A DNA stretch of 64,000 nucleotides from Spirochaetia bacterium (GCA_965203905.1 CBDBDQ010000005.1:768001-832000); one strand, 5' to 3'. Positions 28,516 to 39,002 are shown, numbered from the stretch's first letter. Made by a program: numbers and translations. Notes: a model not told the origin generated them from the letters alone.

Positions 28516-30540
28516 ATGACCAAGATACTCTTGATTCTGGCAGTACTCGCCACCACGCTCACGGCAGGACTGTGGGCCAGCGGTGCTGTCGATACCGACA
28601 CGGCCACGGCAACAGCAGCGGAAGGGGCTAGCAGCAATCCTGCCGGCTACGACCGGTACCATTGGACCAGCCCGGCAGAGTTCGAAGCGGACACCGGGAT
28701 TGCCATCACCTCTTACGGCGAGGCACCGGCCTTGGCACAACTTGTGGCGCAAGGCGAACTTCCTCCGGTTGTTGACCGGCTGCCGGTCAATCCGTTGGTC
28801 CTGGCTGGTGTAGGGCGCAACATGGAGATCGGCAAGTATGGCGGAACCGGTTTCGGTGCCGGCGCCAGCTTCTGGCAACGGTCTAAGGATTTTCAGAAAC
28901 CGGTTACTGCCGAGTACGGTTTTACGAACCACTTTTATTCGCAGTTGATCGAGTCTTACGACTTCATGGACGGCGGTAAGACCTGGGTCTTCTACTTGCG
29001 CGAGGGCCTCAAATGGTCCGACGGCATGCCCTATACAGCAAACGACATGCTGTTCTGGTATGAAGATTTTTTTCTCAATCAGGAATACCCTTCGGTCGCA
29101 GCCGATTACATCACACTCGCCTGGCGCGGTTCAGGGGTAATCGAAAGCATGGTCAAGGTGGATGACTATACCGTGCAATTTGAGTTCCACGAGCCCACTG
29201 AGTCTCTGCTCAACAGCGCCTTCGGCTCGACGATTCCGGTGTATAGCAAGCACTACTTGCAGCAGTTCCATCCCAACTACCAGAATGCCGACAAGCTTCA
29301 GTCCATGATCGAAGCCGAGGGTTTCGCGACCTGGGTCGAACTTCTGGATTTCAGACTTGACCACCACTCGCGGACCAATCCCGAGAAACCGCGACTCACT
29401 CCTTGGGTTCTGGTTGAGGGGGATCCGAATCCGGTGCGGATTTATGAGAGAAACCCGTACTATTGGGCAATCGATACCCAGGGCAACCAGTTACCCTATA
29501 TCGACGAGATCCACGAGGACACCTCCCTTACCGGCGAGGTGCTGAATCTCGCCGCGCTGTCGGGCGACTTGGATGTGGTGCGATTGAGCATGGATCTCTT
29601 CCCCGAAGCCAAACAAGCCGAAGCCGACGGTAAGATCGTGGCAGTTCGCTGGCCGAGTGTGGATCTGAACACAGCCGTCCTCAACTTCAATCTTAACACC
29701 CAAGACGAGGGCCTACGCGCCATTTTCCGAGACAAGCGATTTCGGATTGCTGTTTCACACGCGATTGACCGCGCGTTGATCAACGAAGCGGTCTATCGTG
29801 GCATGAGCCAACCTTGGCAAGTAGCACCTCAGGAGGGCAGCCCGATTTATCACGAGGGCCTCGCCAATGCATACCTCGAGCATGATCCTGACCTGGCAAA
29901 CCGTCTGCTCGACGAGGTCGGGCTGGAGCAGCGGGGGGACGACGGCTTTCGGCTAAGGCAGGATGGATCTCAACTAGCGTTCACAGCGCTGGTGAGGACC
30001 GATGCCGGCAACCGGACCCCGGAGAATGCTGAGATCGTCGTCGACAACCTGCGGGCAGTTGGGTTGGACGTCAATCTCCGGATCGTGGAACCAGAACTCC
30101 AAGTGGCCAGACGGGACGCCAATGATTATGCACTTGCGATCCTGCAGTCATGGGGAACCATAGAGGGAGGTTGGCAGAATGGGACCGTCGCGCACTGGGT
30201 GCCGGCACACGGGGCGGCGGACTTTTGGGCCCCACTCTGGACCGAGTGGTACTTTTCAAATGGTGCTGCAGGAGAGCAGCCGCCCCAGATCGTAGAGGAT
30301 GCTTTGGGCTGGTACCAGGATGCCATGAACACAATGGTGTTTGCAGAGCGGGCAGCGGCGATGCGGAAAATCCTCGATGCCTACGAGGAAAACCTCTGGC
30401 AAATAGGTACGGTTCAGCATTTGGGACACATGTTCATCTTCTCAACTCGGCTGAGGAATTACCCCGCAGTGGCCAGGTCCTGGCATCGCGCTGGCGACAC
30501 CGGTAATCCCGCGCTGTGGTGGATCGACGAGAGTACTTGA
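28516..30540 (+). CDS. ABC transporter substrate-binding protein, family 5
   Basis: Signal peptide LWASGA; EAPALAQLVAQGELPPVVDRLP; LREGLKWSDG; RNPYYWAIDTQGNQLPYID; GGAGGGAG RBS. Confidence 0.92.
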   Translation: MTKILLILAVLATTLTAGLWASGAVDTDTATATAAEGASSNPAGYDRYHWTSPAEFEADTGIAITSYGEAPALAQLVAQGELPPVVDRLPVNPLVLAGVGRNMEIGKYGGTGFGAGASFWQRSKDFQKPVTAEYGFTNHFYSQLIESYDFMDGGKTWVFYLREGLKWSDGMPYTANDMLFWYEDFFLNQEYPSVAADYITLAWRGSGVIESMVKVDDYTVQFEFHEPTESLLNSAFGSTIPVYSKHYLQQFHPNYQNADKLQSMIEAEGFATWVELLDFRLDHHSRTNPEKPRLTPWVLVEGDPNPVRIYERNPYYWAIDTQGNQLPYIDEIHEDTSLTGEVLNLAALSGDLDVVRLSMDLFPEAKQAEADGKIVAVRWPSVDLNTAVLNFNLNTQDEGLRAIFRDKRFRIAVSHAIDRALINEAVYRGMSQPWQVAPQEGSPIYHEGLANAYLEHDPDLANRLLDEVGLEQRGDDGFRLRQDGSQLAFTALVRTDAGNRTPENAEIVVDNLRAVGLDVNLRIVEPELQVARRDANDYALAILQSWGTIEGGWQNGTVAHWVPAHGAADFWAPLWTEWYFSNGAAGEQPPQIVEDALGWYQDAMNTMVFAERAAAMRKILDAYEENLWQIGTVQHLGHMFIFSTRLRNYPAVARSWHRAGDTGNPALWWIDEST

Positions 30541-30554
30541 TTGCAAATCTCGTT

Positions 30555-30583
30555 CGGAGGGGAGCGCGCGTTCCTCCCCTCCG
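30555..30583 (+). terminator. GC-rich hairpin after the SBP gene
   Basis: CGGAGGGGAG-N9-CTCCCCTCCG, no U-tract. Confidence 0.5.
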
Positions 30584-30677
30584 CCACCGTTGGCTTCACC
30601 CTACCGGGAGTGTGGCCAGGTCATGGATGAAACGGTTACAGGGGGCAGCGCGCGCGTAGGAGATCAGGTCAATAGTC

Positions 30678-31667
30678 GTGTTGAGCTATCTTTTTCGAAG
30701 GCTGATACTCCTCATTCCCACGCTCTTTGTCGTCTCCGTCATTGCTTTTGTGGTGATGGACCTGCCACCTGGAAGCTTCGTCGACTCATACGTCGCCGGT
30801 CTCTTGGAGACGAGCGGAGGAGAATACGCCAGTGGAGAGCTCATAGCAAACCTTGAAGCGCTGTATGGGCTCGACAAGCCGCTGCACATCCGCTACCTCA
30901 ACTGGGTCGGGCAGTTCGCACGCGGCAATCTCGGGTTTTCACTGGAGTGGCGGATTCCGGTGATTGATGTAATTGGATCCCGCTTTACCTTGAGCGTAAT
31001 CGTCTCGCTGGCCTCAGTCCTTTTTGCATGGGTCGTCGCGTTTCCCATCGCCATTTACTCAGCCACCCACCAGTATTCGTGGCACGACTTCATGGCCACC
31101 CTGGTCGGGTTCCTGGGACTGTCAATCCCTAATTTCTTACTCGGCCTTATCCTGATTTTTATCGGCTACCGGTGGTTCGGGATTTCCGTTGGCGGTCTGT
31201 TCTCGCCGGAGTACCAGGATGCTTCCTGGACCCTCGCCAAGTTTGGCGACTTTCTGAGTCACTTGTGGGCCCCCGTGGTGGTAGTGGGGACGGCGGGAAC
31301 AGCCGCGGTTATCCGCGTGTTACGTGCCAACCTTTTGGACGAGTTGAATAAGCCCTACGTGGAGATGGCCCGTTCCAAAGGGCTGAGTGAGCGACGTCTT
31401 CTCCTCAGATACCCGGTACGCATCGCCATCAATCCATTTCTCTCATCCATGGCTTGGGTGCTCCCGGTCATGGTATCGGGGGAAGCTATTACGTCCGTGG
31501 TTTTGGGGCTTCCAACGGCCGGGCCGATTTTCCTCAATGCTCTGCTCAGCCAGGACATGCAGCTGGCTGGGGCCTACATCATGCTGATTTCTTTGTTCAC
31601 TATCTTCGGCACGTTGCTCTCCGATATTCTGCTGGCAATCAACGATCCCAGAATCAGGTACGGTTGA
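30678..31667 (+). CDS. ABC transporter permease (OppB-type)
   Basis: YLFRRL, DLPPG, LDELNKPYVEMARSKG, DPRI. Confidence 0.93.
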   Translation: MLSYLFRRLILLIPTLFVVSVIAFVVMDLPPGSFVDSYVAGLLETSGGEYASGELIANLEALYGLDKPLHIRYLNWVGQFARGNLGFSLEWRIPVIDVIGSRFTLSVIVSLASVLFAWVVAFPIAIYSATHQYSWHDFMATLVGFLGLSIPNFLLGLILIFIGYRWFGISVGGLFSPEYQDASWTLAKFGDFLSHLWAPVVVVGTAGTAAVIRVLRANLLDELNKPYVEMARSKGLSERRLLLRYPVRIAINPFLSSMAWVLPVMVSGEAITSVVLGLPTAGPIFLNALLSQDMQLAGAYIMLISLFTIFGTLLSDILLAINDPRIRYG

Positions 31668-31681
31668 GGACCAAGCAGCCA

Positions 31682-32788
31682 ATGCCAGCAACTGGGCCGG
31701 ACGAGAGCAAGTTTCTCAGCCACGACGCTCCCCAATGGCAGTTGATTTGGCAACGGTTCAAGAAATCCAGAGCGGCTGTCATAGGTGGGTTGACAGTGCT
31801 CCTGTTCTACCTCATGGCGATCTTCGCCGATTTCATTGCCCCCAATGACCCTGCTGTGCGCAGCATCGGGTATGTGGCAGCACCACCCATGACCATTCGT
31901 TTTCTTGACCACAACGGTTTCAGCAAGCCGTTCGTGTATGACCTGCGCCAAGAGAAGAACATGACGACCTTCGAGCGCTATTATGTCATCGACGAGGACA
32001 GCAAGCATGAGCTGCATCTGTTCGTGAGGGCTGATCCCTACCGGCTATGGGGCCTGATCGAAACCGATCTCCACTTGTTTGGCATCGAGGGCGACGCGCG
32101 CATCTACCTGTTCGGAACCGACGAACAAGGGCGTGATCTGCTATCTCGTACGATCTTTGGCGCGCGCCTGTCCCTCACAATCGGCTTGATTGGCATCACC
32201 ATATCTTTCCTCCTGGGGGTAACGCTGGGCGCGCTGTCCGGTTATGTGGGGGGCTTGCTCGACATCGTGCTGCAACGGCTCATCGAGATCATCACCTCAG
32301 TGCCTACCCTACCGCTGTGGATGGGATTGAGCGCCGCGATTCCGGAAGATTGGCCGATAGAGCGCGTATTCTTCGCCATTGTCATCATCCTTTCGTTTCT
32401 TAGTTGGCCTCAGGTCGCCCGCGAGGTCAGAGGCAGATTCCTGGCGCTGCGTGAGGAGACGTTTGTCACCGCGGCGGCATTGGATGGCGTCGGTTCGGTC
32501 GGGATCATGTTTCGACACATGATCCCCAGTTTCATGAGTCATATCATCGCGACCGCTACACTGGCGATTCCGGGCATGATCATCGGCGAGACCGCGCTCA
32601 GCTTTCTTGGTCTTGGGCTCCATCCACCTGCGATTAGTTGGGGCGTGCTGCTGTATGCTGCACAAAGCATCAAGACGCTCATCTCATTGCCATGGCTGCT
32701 GCTGCCCGGCGTCTTTGTCGTTGTCAGTGTACTCGCCTTCAATTTCTTTGGTGATGGACTGCGCGATGCAGCGGATCCCTACAAATAG
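31682..32788 (+). CDS. ABC transporter permease (OppC-type)
   Basis: FGTDEQGRDLLSR, LREETFVTAA, AFNFFGDGLRDAADP. Confidence 0.92.
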   Translation: MPATGPDESKFLSHDAPQWQLIWQRFKKSRAAVIGGLTVLLFYLMAIFADFIAPNDPAVRSIGYVAAPPMTIRFLDHNGFSKPFVYDLRQEKNMTTFERYYVIDEDSKHELHLFVRADPYRLWGLIETDLHLFGIEGDARIYLFGTDEQGRDLLSRTIFGARLSLTIGLIGITISFLLGVTLGALSGYVGGLLDIVLQRLIEIITSVPTLPLWMGLSAAIPEDWPIERVFFAIVIILSFLSWPQVAREVRGRFLALREETFVTAAALDGVGSVGIMFRHMIPSFMSHIIATATLAIPGMIIGETALSFLGLGLHPPAISWGVLLYAAQSIKTLISLPWLLLPGVFVVVSVLAFNFFGDGLRDAADPYK

Positions 32789-32795
32789 GTCCAGC

Positions 32796-33797
32796 ATGGG
32801 TGCCGATTCCCTGCTCGAAATCAAAGCTTTGAGCGTAAATTTCTATACCGATTATGGTATCGTGCGGGCAGTCGATGATATCTCATTCAATATTGGACGC
32901 AGCCAAAGCTTGGGACTCGTTGGCGAAAGCGGGTCCGGCAAGTCCGTGACCGCCCGCGCACTGATCAATATCGTGCAGCCGCCAGGGCGCATCGACAGCG
33001 GCGAAGTCTGGTTCCATCATGCGGTCGGATCCCCACCCATGGACCTCCTGAGCCTCAAGCCAAGAGGAGTCGAGATTCGGCAGTACCGGGGTAAACGCAT
33101 CTCGATGATCTTCCAAGATCCCATGTCCTGCCTCAGTCCCGTACACACCGTTGGCTTTCAGATTGCGGAGTCCATCAGGCTTCACTACCCACGCACCAGC
33201 CGTTCGGAAGCCCGGCACAGAGCCGCCGAATTGCTTGATCAGGTTGGTATCCCTGATCCCGTTTCTCGCTTGAAGACGTATCCTTTCGAGCTCAGCGGTG
33301 GCATGCTGCAACGCGCGCTCATCGCGGTCGCGCTGGCCGCTGAACCGGATCTGCTCATTGCCGACGAACCCACGACGGCCATCGATGTCACGATCCAGGC
33401 GGTGTTCCTGGAGCTCCTGAAGCGTCTGCAGCAAGAGCGCCAGATGGCCGTGCTGCTCATCACCCACGATTTGGGCGTGGTGGCGGAAGTCTGCGAGCAG
33501 GTTGCTGTCATGTATCTGGGTAAAGTGGTAGAGATCGGGCCCATCGACGACATCTTCAGCGAGCCGCATCATCCCTACACCCGCATGTTGTTCAAATCGA
33601 TACCAACGCCGGAGGTCCCTCCAAAGAGCAAGCTGGTCACCATGGGTTCGGTGCCGGCCACCTTGTCGCGCCCGCCAGGGTGCTCGTTCAGCGATCGCTG
33701 TCCGGACTTCGTGCCCGGTCAATGCGATGTAGCTGCGCCAGACCTGCGCGCAGTCAAGGACCACCACCAAGTGGCGTGTTTTCTCTACGATGGATGA
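32796..33797 (+). CDS. ABC transporter ATP-binding protein (OppD-type)
   Basis: [28 protein letters not shown]-terminal Cys-rich oligopeptide-transporter tail. Confidence 0.94.
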   Translation: MGADSLLEIKALSVNFYTDYGIVRAVDDISFNIGRSQSLGLVGESGSGKSVTARALINIVQPPGRIDSGEVWFHHAVGSPPMDLLSLKPRGVEIRQYRGKRISMIFQDPMSCLSPVHTVGFQIAESIRLHYPRTSRSEARHRAAELLDQVGIPDPVSRLKTYPFELSGGMLQRALIAVALAAEPDLLIADEPTTAIDVTIQAVFLELLKRLQQERQMAVLLITHDLGVVAEVCEQVAVMYLGKVVEIGPIDDIFSEPHHPYTRMLFKSIPTPEVPPKSKLVTMGSVPATLSRPPGCSFSDRCPDFVPGQCDVAAPDLRAVKDHHQVACFLYDG

Positions 33798-34791
33798 GCA
33801 CACCATCCTCAGTGTTGCGGATCTCAAAATGTATTTTCCCGTCAAACGGGGCTTCCTGCGCCGCACGGTGGGCTGGGTCCGGGCGGTGGACGGTGTCTCC
33901 TTTCAACTGCAGCAAGGGGAAACACTGGGGCTGGTCGGTGAGAGCGGCTGCGGCAAGACGACCGTCCTTATGTCACTTGTCAGGGTGGTCGATGCGACTG
34001 CCGGCGCCATTCAATATCACGCCAACGGAGATCGGATCAATGTCTTGCAGAGCGATCCCCAATCGCTGAGAAGACTCAGGCAACAAGTGCGGATGGTGTA
34101 CCAGGACCCGGAGTCTTCCATCAATCCCAGATTCAAGATTCGCGACATCGTGGCTGAGCCGCTGCTGGCCTATGGCCTGGTGAGCAGTCGTGCTGAAGCT
34201 TATAGCCGTGTGCGCGAGCTCATGGCACGGGTCGGGCTGGATCAGACCCACATGAATCGCTACCCATTCGCGCTCAGCGGAGGACAGCGACAACGCATCG
34301 GCATAGCACGAGCATTGGCAACCAATCCCCAGATCATTCTGGCCGATGAGCCCACCTCTGCCCTGGACGTGTCGGTGCAAGCCCAGATTCTGAACCTGCT
34401 CCTGCAACTGCAGGCCGAGATGCACCTGACGATGCTCTTCGTCACCCATGACTTGAGCGTCGTCAGACACGTCAGCGATCGCATCGCCGTCATGTACCTC
34501 GGAGAAATCGTTGAGATCGGGCAAACCGGGGCGGTGTTCCACACGCCACGTCACCCCTACACGGAGGCCCTGTTCTCGGTGATCCCACAGCCTGATCGGA
34601 AACGGAAGAAGAAACGGATTCTGCTCAGTGGAGACATACCCGATCCGGCCCGGCGACCGTCCGGGTGTCCTTTCAGGACGCGCTGCCGCTATCGCCAGAG
34701 CTTTTGTGTCACGACCCCGCCCAGCCTGGAACCGGTTCAGGACGACTCACACCTGGTCTCCTGCCACTTCCCGCTCACTCAGGGGAAGTAA
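33790..34791 (+). CDS. ABC transporter ATP-binding protein (OppF-type)
   Basis: GESGCGKT, LSGGQRQRI, ADEPTSALD, PSGCPFRTRC. Confidence 0.94.
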   Translation: MDEHTILSVADLKMYFPVKRGFLRRTVGWVRAVDGVSFQLQQGETLGLVGESGCGKTTVLMSLVRVVDATAGAIQYHANGDRINVLQSDPQSLRRLRQQVRMVYQDPESSINPRFKIRDIVAEPLLAYGLVSSRAEAYSRVRELMARVGLDQTHMNRYPFALSGGQRQRIGIARALATNPQIILADEPTSALDVSVQAQILNLLLQLQAEMHLTMLFVTHDLSVVRHVSDRIAVMYLGEIVEIGQTGAVFHTPRHPYTEALFSVIPQPDRKRKKKRILLSGDIPDPARRPSGCPFRTRCRYRQSFCVTTPPSLEPVQDDSHLVSCHFPLTQGK

Positions 34792-34842
34792 CCTGAATGA
34801 CATCGACCTGCCCATCGCCGACCGCCATCTGAAGTCACGACA

Positions 34843-34875
34843 CCGGAGGTCGACCCGCGCGGGATCGACCCCCGG
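34843..34875. terminator. Hairpin between convergent operons
   Basis: CCGGAGGTCGA...TCGACCCCCGG imperfect inverted repeat. Confidence 0.4.
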
Positions 34876-34911
34876 TCACGCCGTCACGGCTGACGATCGC
34901 CGTCGACCGGC

Positions 34912-36552
34912 CTACAGCCCGTAGAACTGGTTGTAGCCCTGCTGCCAGATCTCCACCAGGCGGTCGATCTTGAGCTTCCGGAGTTCGGCGACGTAGTCGT
35001 CCCACTCCTCTTCCACGCCGCCCTCGACGATCCAGCGGGCGTAGGTCTTGCTGATGTAGCCGTTGACGTCCGCCATCAGGATCGACAATTCCTCGGTCAG
35101 CTCGTCGGAGAAGTAGGGGCCCGGATTGGGATACTCCTGCGGCGGCATGAAGTCCTCGTAATAGGTGGTGCTCGACTCCTGCTTCATCAGCGCCGCCGGC
35201 TGCCAAATGCGCTGCACGAACGCCAGCGAGTTGGAGTTGCCGGGCGGTGACGAGTTGGCCGGCGAGTACATGTGCTTCCACTCGCCGTAGGACATGCCGG
35301 GCGGGTTCTCGGTGATCCGGTAGATCGGCCGGCCATCGTCGGTGGTGCCCTCTTCCAGCCACTGCTCGCCGGGCAGGCTGGTCGCCCAGTGCATGCCCCA
35401 GTAGGGATCGTAGATGGTGTCGATCCAGCGCATGGTCACCTCGGGGTGCTCGTTGGTGCTGGTGATCGCCAGGTCGCGGGTACGCAACTTGAAGCGGCGC
35501 GTGGTGGGCCACAGGGGCGGCTTGCCGGTATGGGTCTGCAGCGGCCGTAGCGGCTGGTACACCGTGCGCTGCAGGGTCTCCGGATCGTACATCAGCGCCG
35601 TGCCGACGATGTTCTCGCCGTGCCAGTCCATGAACGCGCCGTACAGGGTCGGCTCGCCGCGGCCCTTGGCGATGAACTGCCGGTTGTCCTGGGTGAACAC
35701 CTCGGGGTCGATCAGCCCCTTCTGGTAGATGTCGTGGAACCACTCGATGGCAGCTCTCACCTCGGGCTCGGCGGCCGTGAACATCACCTTGTCGTCGATC
35801 ACCATGCGGTGACTCTGAGCGTCCACCACGCCGAAGATCGACATCAACTGATAGACGTTGCCGCCGCGCAGCCCGAACGGGATCTCGTCGCCGGCATCGC
35901 CATTGCCGTTCATGTCATGGTCGCGAAACCAGGTCAGCGCGGCCTCGAACTGGTCGATGTGGGTGGGAATGTCCATGCCGGCCTGCTCCAGCCAGCCAGT
36001 GTGGATGTTGAGGGTGACCGGGCTGCTCCCGATCCAGCAGCTCCCGCTGTTCGGCAGCGAGTAGATGTTGCCGCTCGGGGTGGTGGCCGCGAGCCTGGCC
36101 TGCGGCACCCGCTCGAACAGCGCGGCGACGTTCGGCGCCCACTCTTCGACCAGGTCATTGAGCGGAATCAGCAGCCCGAGGCCGCCGTACTTCACCTCGT
36201 CTGCCTGGCTGATGATGCCCGGGAAGAACAGGTCCGGCAGATCGCCGCTGGCGAACGCCAGGTTCTTCTTCTGCTGGACCGCGTTGCCCGGCACCACCTG
36301 CCACTCGATGTGGACGTTGGTCAACTCCTCGAACATCTGCGGTACCTTGAGGGCGTTCCAGTTGGTCGGCTCCGACGCCAGATGCGCCTCCCGGCCCATC
36401 ACGGTGAGGGTGACCTGCTCCTGCACCAGGGGCAGTCCGGTGCGGTTCAGGTTGGCCAGCTCCGCCTCCCCGGCGGCGCCCTCCTCATCTCCCGCCGCCC
36501 ACAGCGGCATCAGCACCGCGGTGAGCAGCAACAGCGACACGACGTTTCTCAT
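34912..36552 (-). CDS. Carbohydrate ABC transporter substrate-binding protein (family 1, LplA-like)
   Basis: Signal LWAAGDEEG; FEELTNVHIEW, ASGDLPD, LNDLVEEWAPN, DMNGNGDAGDEIP, EEEWDDYVAELRK. Confidence 0.9.
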   Translation of the reverse strand: MRNVVSLLLLTAVLMPLWAAGDEEGAAGEAELANLNRTGLPLVQEQVTLTVMGREAHLASEPTNWNALKVPQMFEELTNVHIEWQVVPGNAVQQKKNLAFASGDLPDLFFPGIISQADEVKYGGLGLLIPLNDLVEEWAPNVAALFERVPQARLAATTPSGNIYSLPNSGSCWIGSSPVTLNIHTGWLEQAGMDIPTHIDQFEAALTWFRDHDMNGNGDAGDEIPFGLRGGNVYQLMSIFGVVDAQSHRMVIDDKVMFTAAEPEVRAAIEWFHDIYQKGLIDPEVFTQDNRQFIAKGRGEPTLYGAFMDWHGENIVGTALMYDPETLQRTVYQPLRPLQTHTGKPPLWPTTRRFKLRTRDLAITSTNEHPEVTMRWIDTIYDPYWGMHWATSLPGEQWLEEGTTDDGRPIYRITENPPGMSYGEWKHMYSPANSSPPGNSNSLAFVQRIWQPAALMKQESSTTYYEDFMPPQEYPNPGPYFSDELTEELSILMADVNGYISKTYARWIVEGGVEEEWDDYVAELRKLKIDRLVEIWQQGYNQFYGL

Positions 36553-36632
36553 GGGAACTCCTTACGGTTGATTTGCCGTTCCGGCAATTCGCTGTGGCCA
36601 TGTTATCGAAAAGCCATGCATTGATCGCGCGA

Positions 36633-37538
36633 TCATCCCTTCAGCGCCCCGATCATCACACCCTTGATGAAGTACTTCTGCAGAAACGGGTACAGCAGCA
36701 GCACCGGCACGCTCGCCACCATGATCAGGCCATACTTGATCACCTCGATGATGCGCTGCTGCTCGGCCACCGTGTCGGGATCGGCGGCCTCCATCATCTC
36801 CGCCGCCGACTCGTTCATGATCAGGATGCTCCTGAGCACGAGCTGCAGCGGGTACAGCTCCGGGTCCTTCAGGTAGATCAGCGCCTCGAAGAACGCGTTC
36901 CAGTGTCCCACCCCGTAGAACAGCGCCAGCACGGCGATGATCGCCGGCGAGATGGGAATGACCACGCTCACGAAGAAGCGCAGGTTGGTCGCGCCGTCCA
37001 TGCGCGAGGCGTCGAGCAGGTCCGGCGGGATGGTGGTCTGGAAGAAGGTGCGGGCGATGATCAGGTTCCACACCGCGATCGCGTTGGGGATGATCATCAC
37101 CCAGCGAGTGTTGAGGATGCCGAGGCCGCGGATGATCAGGTAGGTCGGTATCAGGCCGCCGCCGAACAGCAGGGTGAAGGTGAACAGCACCATCACCAGG
37201 TTGCGGCCCCACAGGTCGCGGCGGGACAGCGCGTAGGCGGCGGGAATGGTGGCCAGCAGGTTCACGGTGACGCCGCCGAGGGTGTAGATGGTGGTGTTGA
37301 GGTAGGCGTTCCAGATGCGCGAGTCGCTGAAGATCCGCCGGTAACCCTCGAAGGTGATGCCCTTGGGGATGAGCCACAGGTTGCCGTTGTTGACCAGGTG
37401 CGGATCGCTGAAGGAGGCGATCGCCATGAAATAGAGCGGATAGACCACGGCGAGCAGGATCACGCTCAGAAACACGTAGTTGACGGCGTTGAAGATGCGG
37501 TCGGAGGCGGTGTTGGAGAGCGTGTGCGACGTCACCAT
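36633..37538 (-). CDS. Carbohydrate ABC transporter permease (MalG/LplC-type)
   Basis: GGGLIPTY, DLLDASRMDGA, YGVGHWN, YPFLQKYFIKG. Confidence 0.93.
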   Translation of the reverse strand: MVTSHTLSNTASDRIFNAVNYVFLSVILLAVVYPLYFMAIASFSDPHLVNNGNLWLIPKGITFEGYRRIFSDSRIWNAYLNTTIYTLGGVTVNLLATIPAAYALSRRDLWGRNLVMVLFTFTLLFGGGLIPTYLIIRGLGILNTRWVMIIPNAIAVWNLIIARTFFQTTIPPDLLDASRMDGATNLRFFVSVVIPISPAIIAVLALFYGVGHWNAFFEALIYLKDPELYPLQLVLRSILIMNESAAEMMEAADPDTVAEQQRIIEVIKYGLIMVASVPVLLLYPFLQKYFIKGVMIGALKG

Positions 37539-37542
37539 CGTC

Positions 37543-38490
37543 TTACCACAGGCTGGTCCCGCTCAGCCGCCGGGCGATCCGGTTGACGGTGATCAGCAGG
37601 ATCAGGTTGATCACGGCATTGAAGAAGCCGACCGCGGCGGAGAAGCTGTACTGGGCGTTCTCGATGCCCACCTCGTACACGTAGGTGGCGATGATCTCGG
37701 CGGTGTCGGCGTTCAGCGGGTTCTTCATCAGGTACGCCTTCTCGAAGCCGATCGACATCATTCTGCCCATCTCCAGGATCAGCAGGATCACCGCTATCGG
37801 GAGGATGCCGGGGATGTCGATGTGCCTGATGCGCTGCACCTTGGTGGCGCCGTCGACGATCGCCGCCTCGTGCAGCTCGGGGGCCACCGCCGACAGCGCG
37901 GCCAAGTAGATGATGGTGCCCCAGCCCGCGTTCTGCCAGATGTCCGACCATACGTACAGGCTGCGGAAGTAGCCCGCCTTGCCGAAGAAGTAGACCGGCT
38001 CGAGGCCGAGCAGCCCGATGGCGTGGTTTACCAGCCCGGAGCGCGGCGACAGGAAGATGTGCAGCATGCCCACCATCACCACCATGGAGATGAAGTGGGG
38101 GGCGTAGATCGAGGTCTGCACGCTCCTCTTGAAGCGCTGATTGGGCACCTGGTTGAGCAGCAGCGCCAGCATGATCGGGATCGGGAACCCGACCAGGAGC
38201 TGGTACAGGTTGAGCGCCAGGGTGTTGCGGACCACCGTGACGAACATGTAGGAGTCGAAGAAGCGGAAGAAGTGCTTGAGTCCGGCCCACGGGCTGCCCC
38301 ACATGCCCTGCACCGGGTTGAAGTCCCGGAACGAGATCTGCAACCCGTACATCGGCGCGTACTTGAAGATGATCAGGTAGGCCAGGGCCGGCAGCAGCAG
38401 CAGGTAGAGGTCATAGTTGTGCCGGAGCGACTTGACGATGGGGTGGCGTCTGGTCCTGGTGAGCGCCCGGTCGGCGGGTCCGGCAGACAC
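37543..38490 (-). CDS. Carbohydrate ABC transporter permease (LplB-type)
   Basis: KYAPMYG, PHFIS, WQNAGWGTIIYLAAL, ELHEAAIVDGA; GTG 38490 preferred because the ORF-track TTG 38526 is part of a -35 box. Confidence 0.9.
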   Translation of the reverse strand: MSAGPADRALTRTRRHPIVKSLRHNYDLYLLLLPALAYLIIFKYAPMYGLQISFRDFNPVQGMWGSPWAGLKHFFRFFDSYMFVTVVRNTLALNLYQLLVGFPIPIMLALLLNQVPNQRFKRSVQTSIYAPHFISMVVMVGMLHIFLSPRSGLVNHAIGLLGLEPVYFFGKAGYFRSLYVWSDIWQNAGWGTIIYLAALSAVAPELHEAAIVDGATKVQRIRHIDIPGILPIAVILLILEMGRMMSIGFEKAYLMKNPLNADTAEIIATYVYEVGIENAQYSFSAAVGFFNAVINLILLITVNRIARRLSGTSLW

Positions 38491-38497
38491 GCCCGCC

Positions 38498-38526
38498 ACC
38501 CTAGGGCGCGCCGCGGCACCTGTCAA
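38498..38526 (-). promoter_or_regulatory. Sigma70 promoter, probably giving a leaderless mRNA
   Basis: TTGACA-N17-TAGGGT, then 7 nt to the in-frame GTG at 38490; no RBS. Confidence 0.6.
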
Positions 38527-38599
38527 CGCAACGCCGCGGCTACGCGGCTACCTGCCCCCGCTGCCTCGTTGAGTGTTGGATGGCGTTGGAACTGTAGGC

Positions 38600-39002
38600 A
38601 TGGGTCACGTATTTGCCGAACTGGAATTGAGCAATCCGAGGCGCACGGATTTCGTCCCGGTGCGGGTGAACGCGCTCGTGGATACGGGGGCGCTGATGCT
38701 GTGCATCCCGGAGCATGTTGCCCGCCAACTCGACCTGCGGACGGAATCGGAGCGAGAGGTGTCGGGTAGCCGATAGCCGTAAGGCGACCGTGCCTTACGT
38801 GGGCCCGGTGAAGGTCGCCTACGCCAAGCGGTTCTGCTACGTCGGCGCGCTGGTGCTCGCCGACGAGGTGTTGTTGGGCTCGGTTCCCATGGAAGACATG
38901 GACCTGGTCGTGAGTCCCGGTCGCCGGCAGCTTACGGTCGATCCGGCCAGTCCCAACATCCCCCACGCCCGCGTCAAGCCCGCCCATCATGCTACGAGGT
39001 GA
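38600..39002 (+). pseudogene. Small clan AA (retropepsin-like) aspartic protease, frameshifted
   Basis: NALVDTGA motif; frame changes near 38765 (TCGGGTAGCC) and continues VADSRKATVPYVGP..EVLLGSVPMEDMDLVV. Confidence 0.8.
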
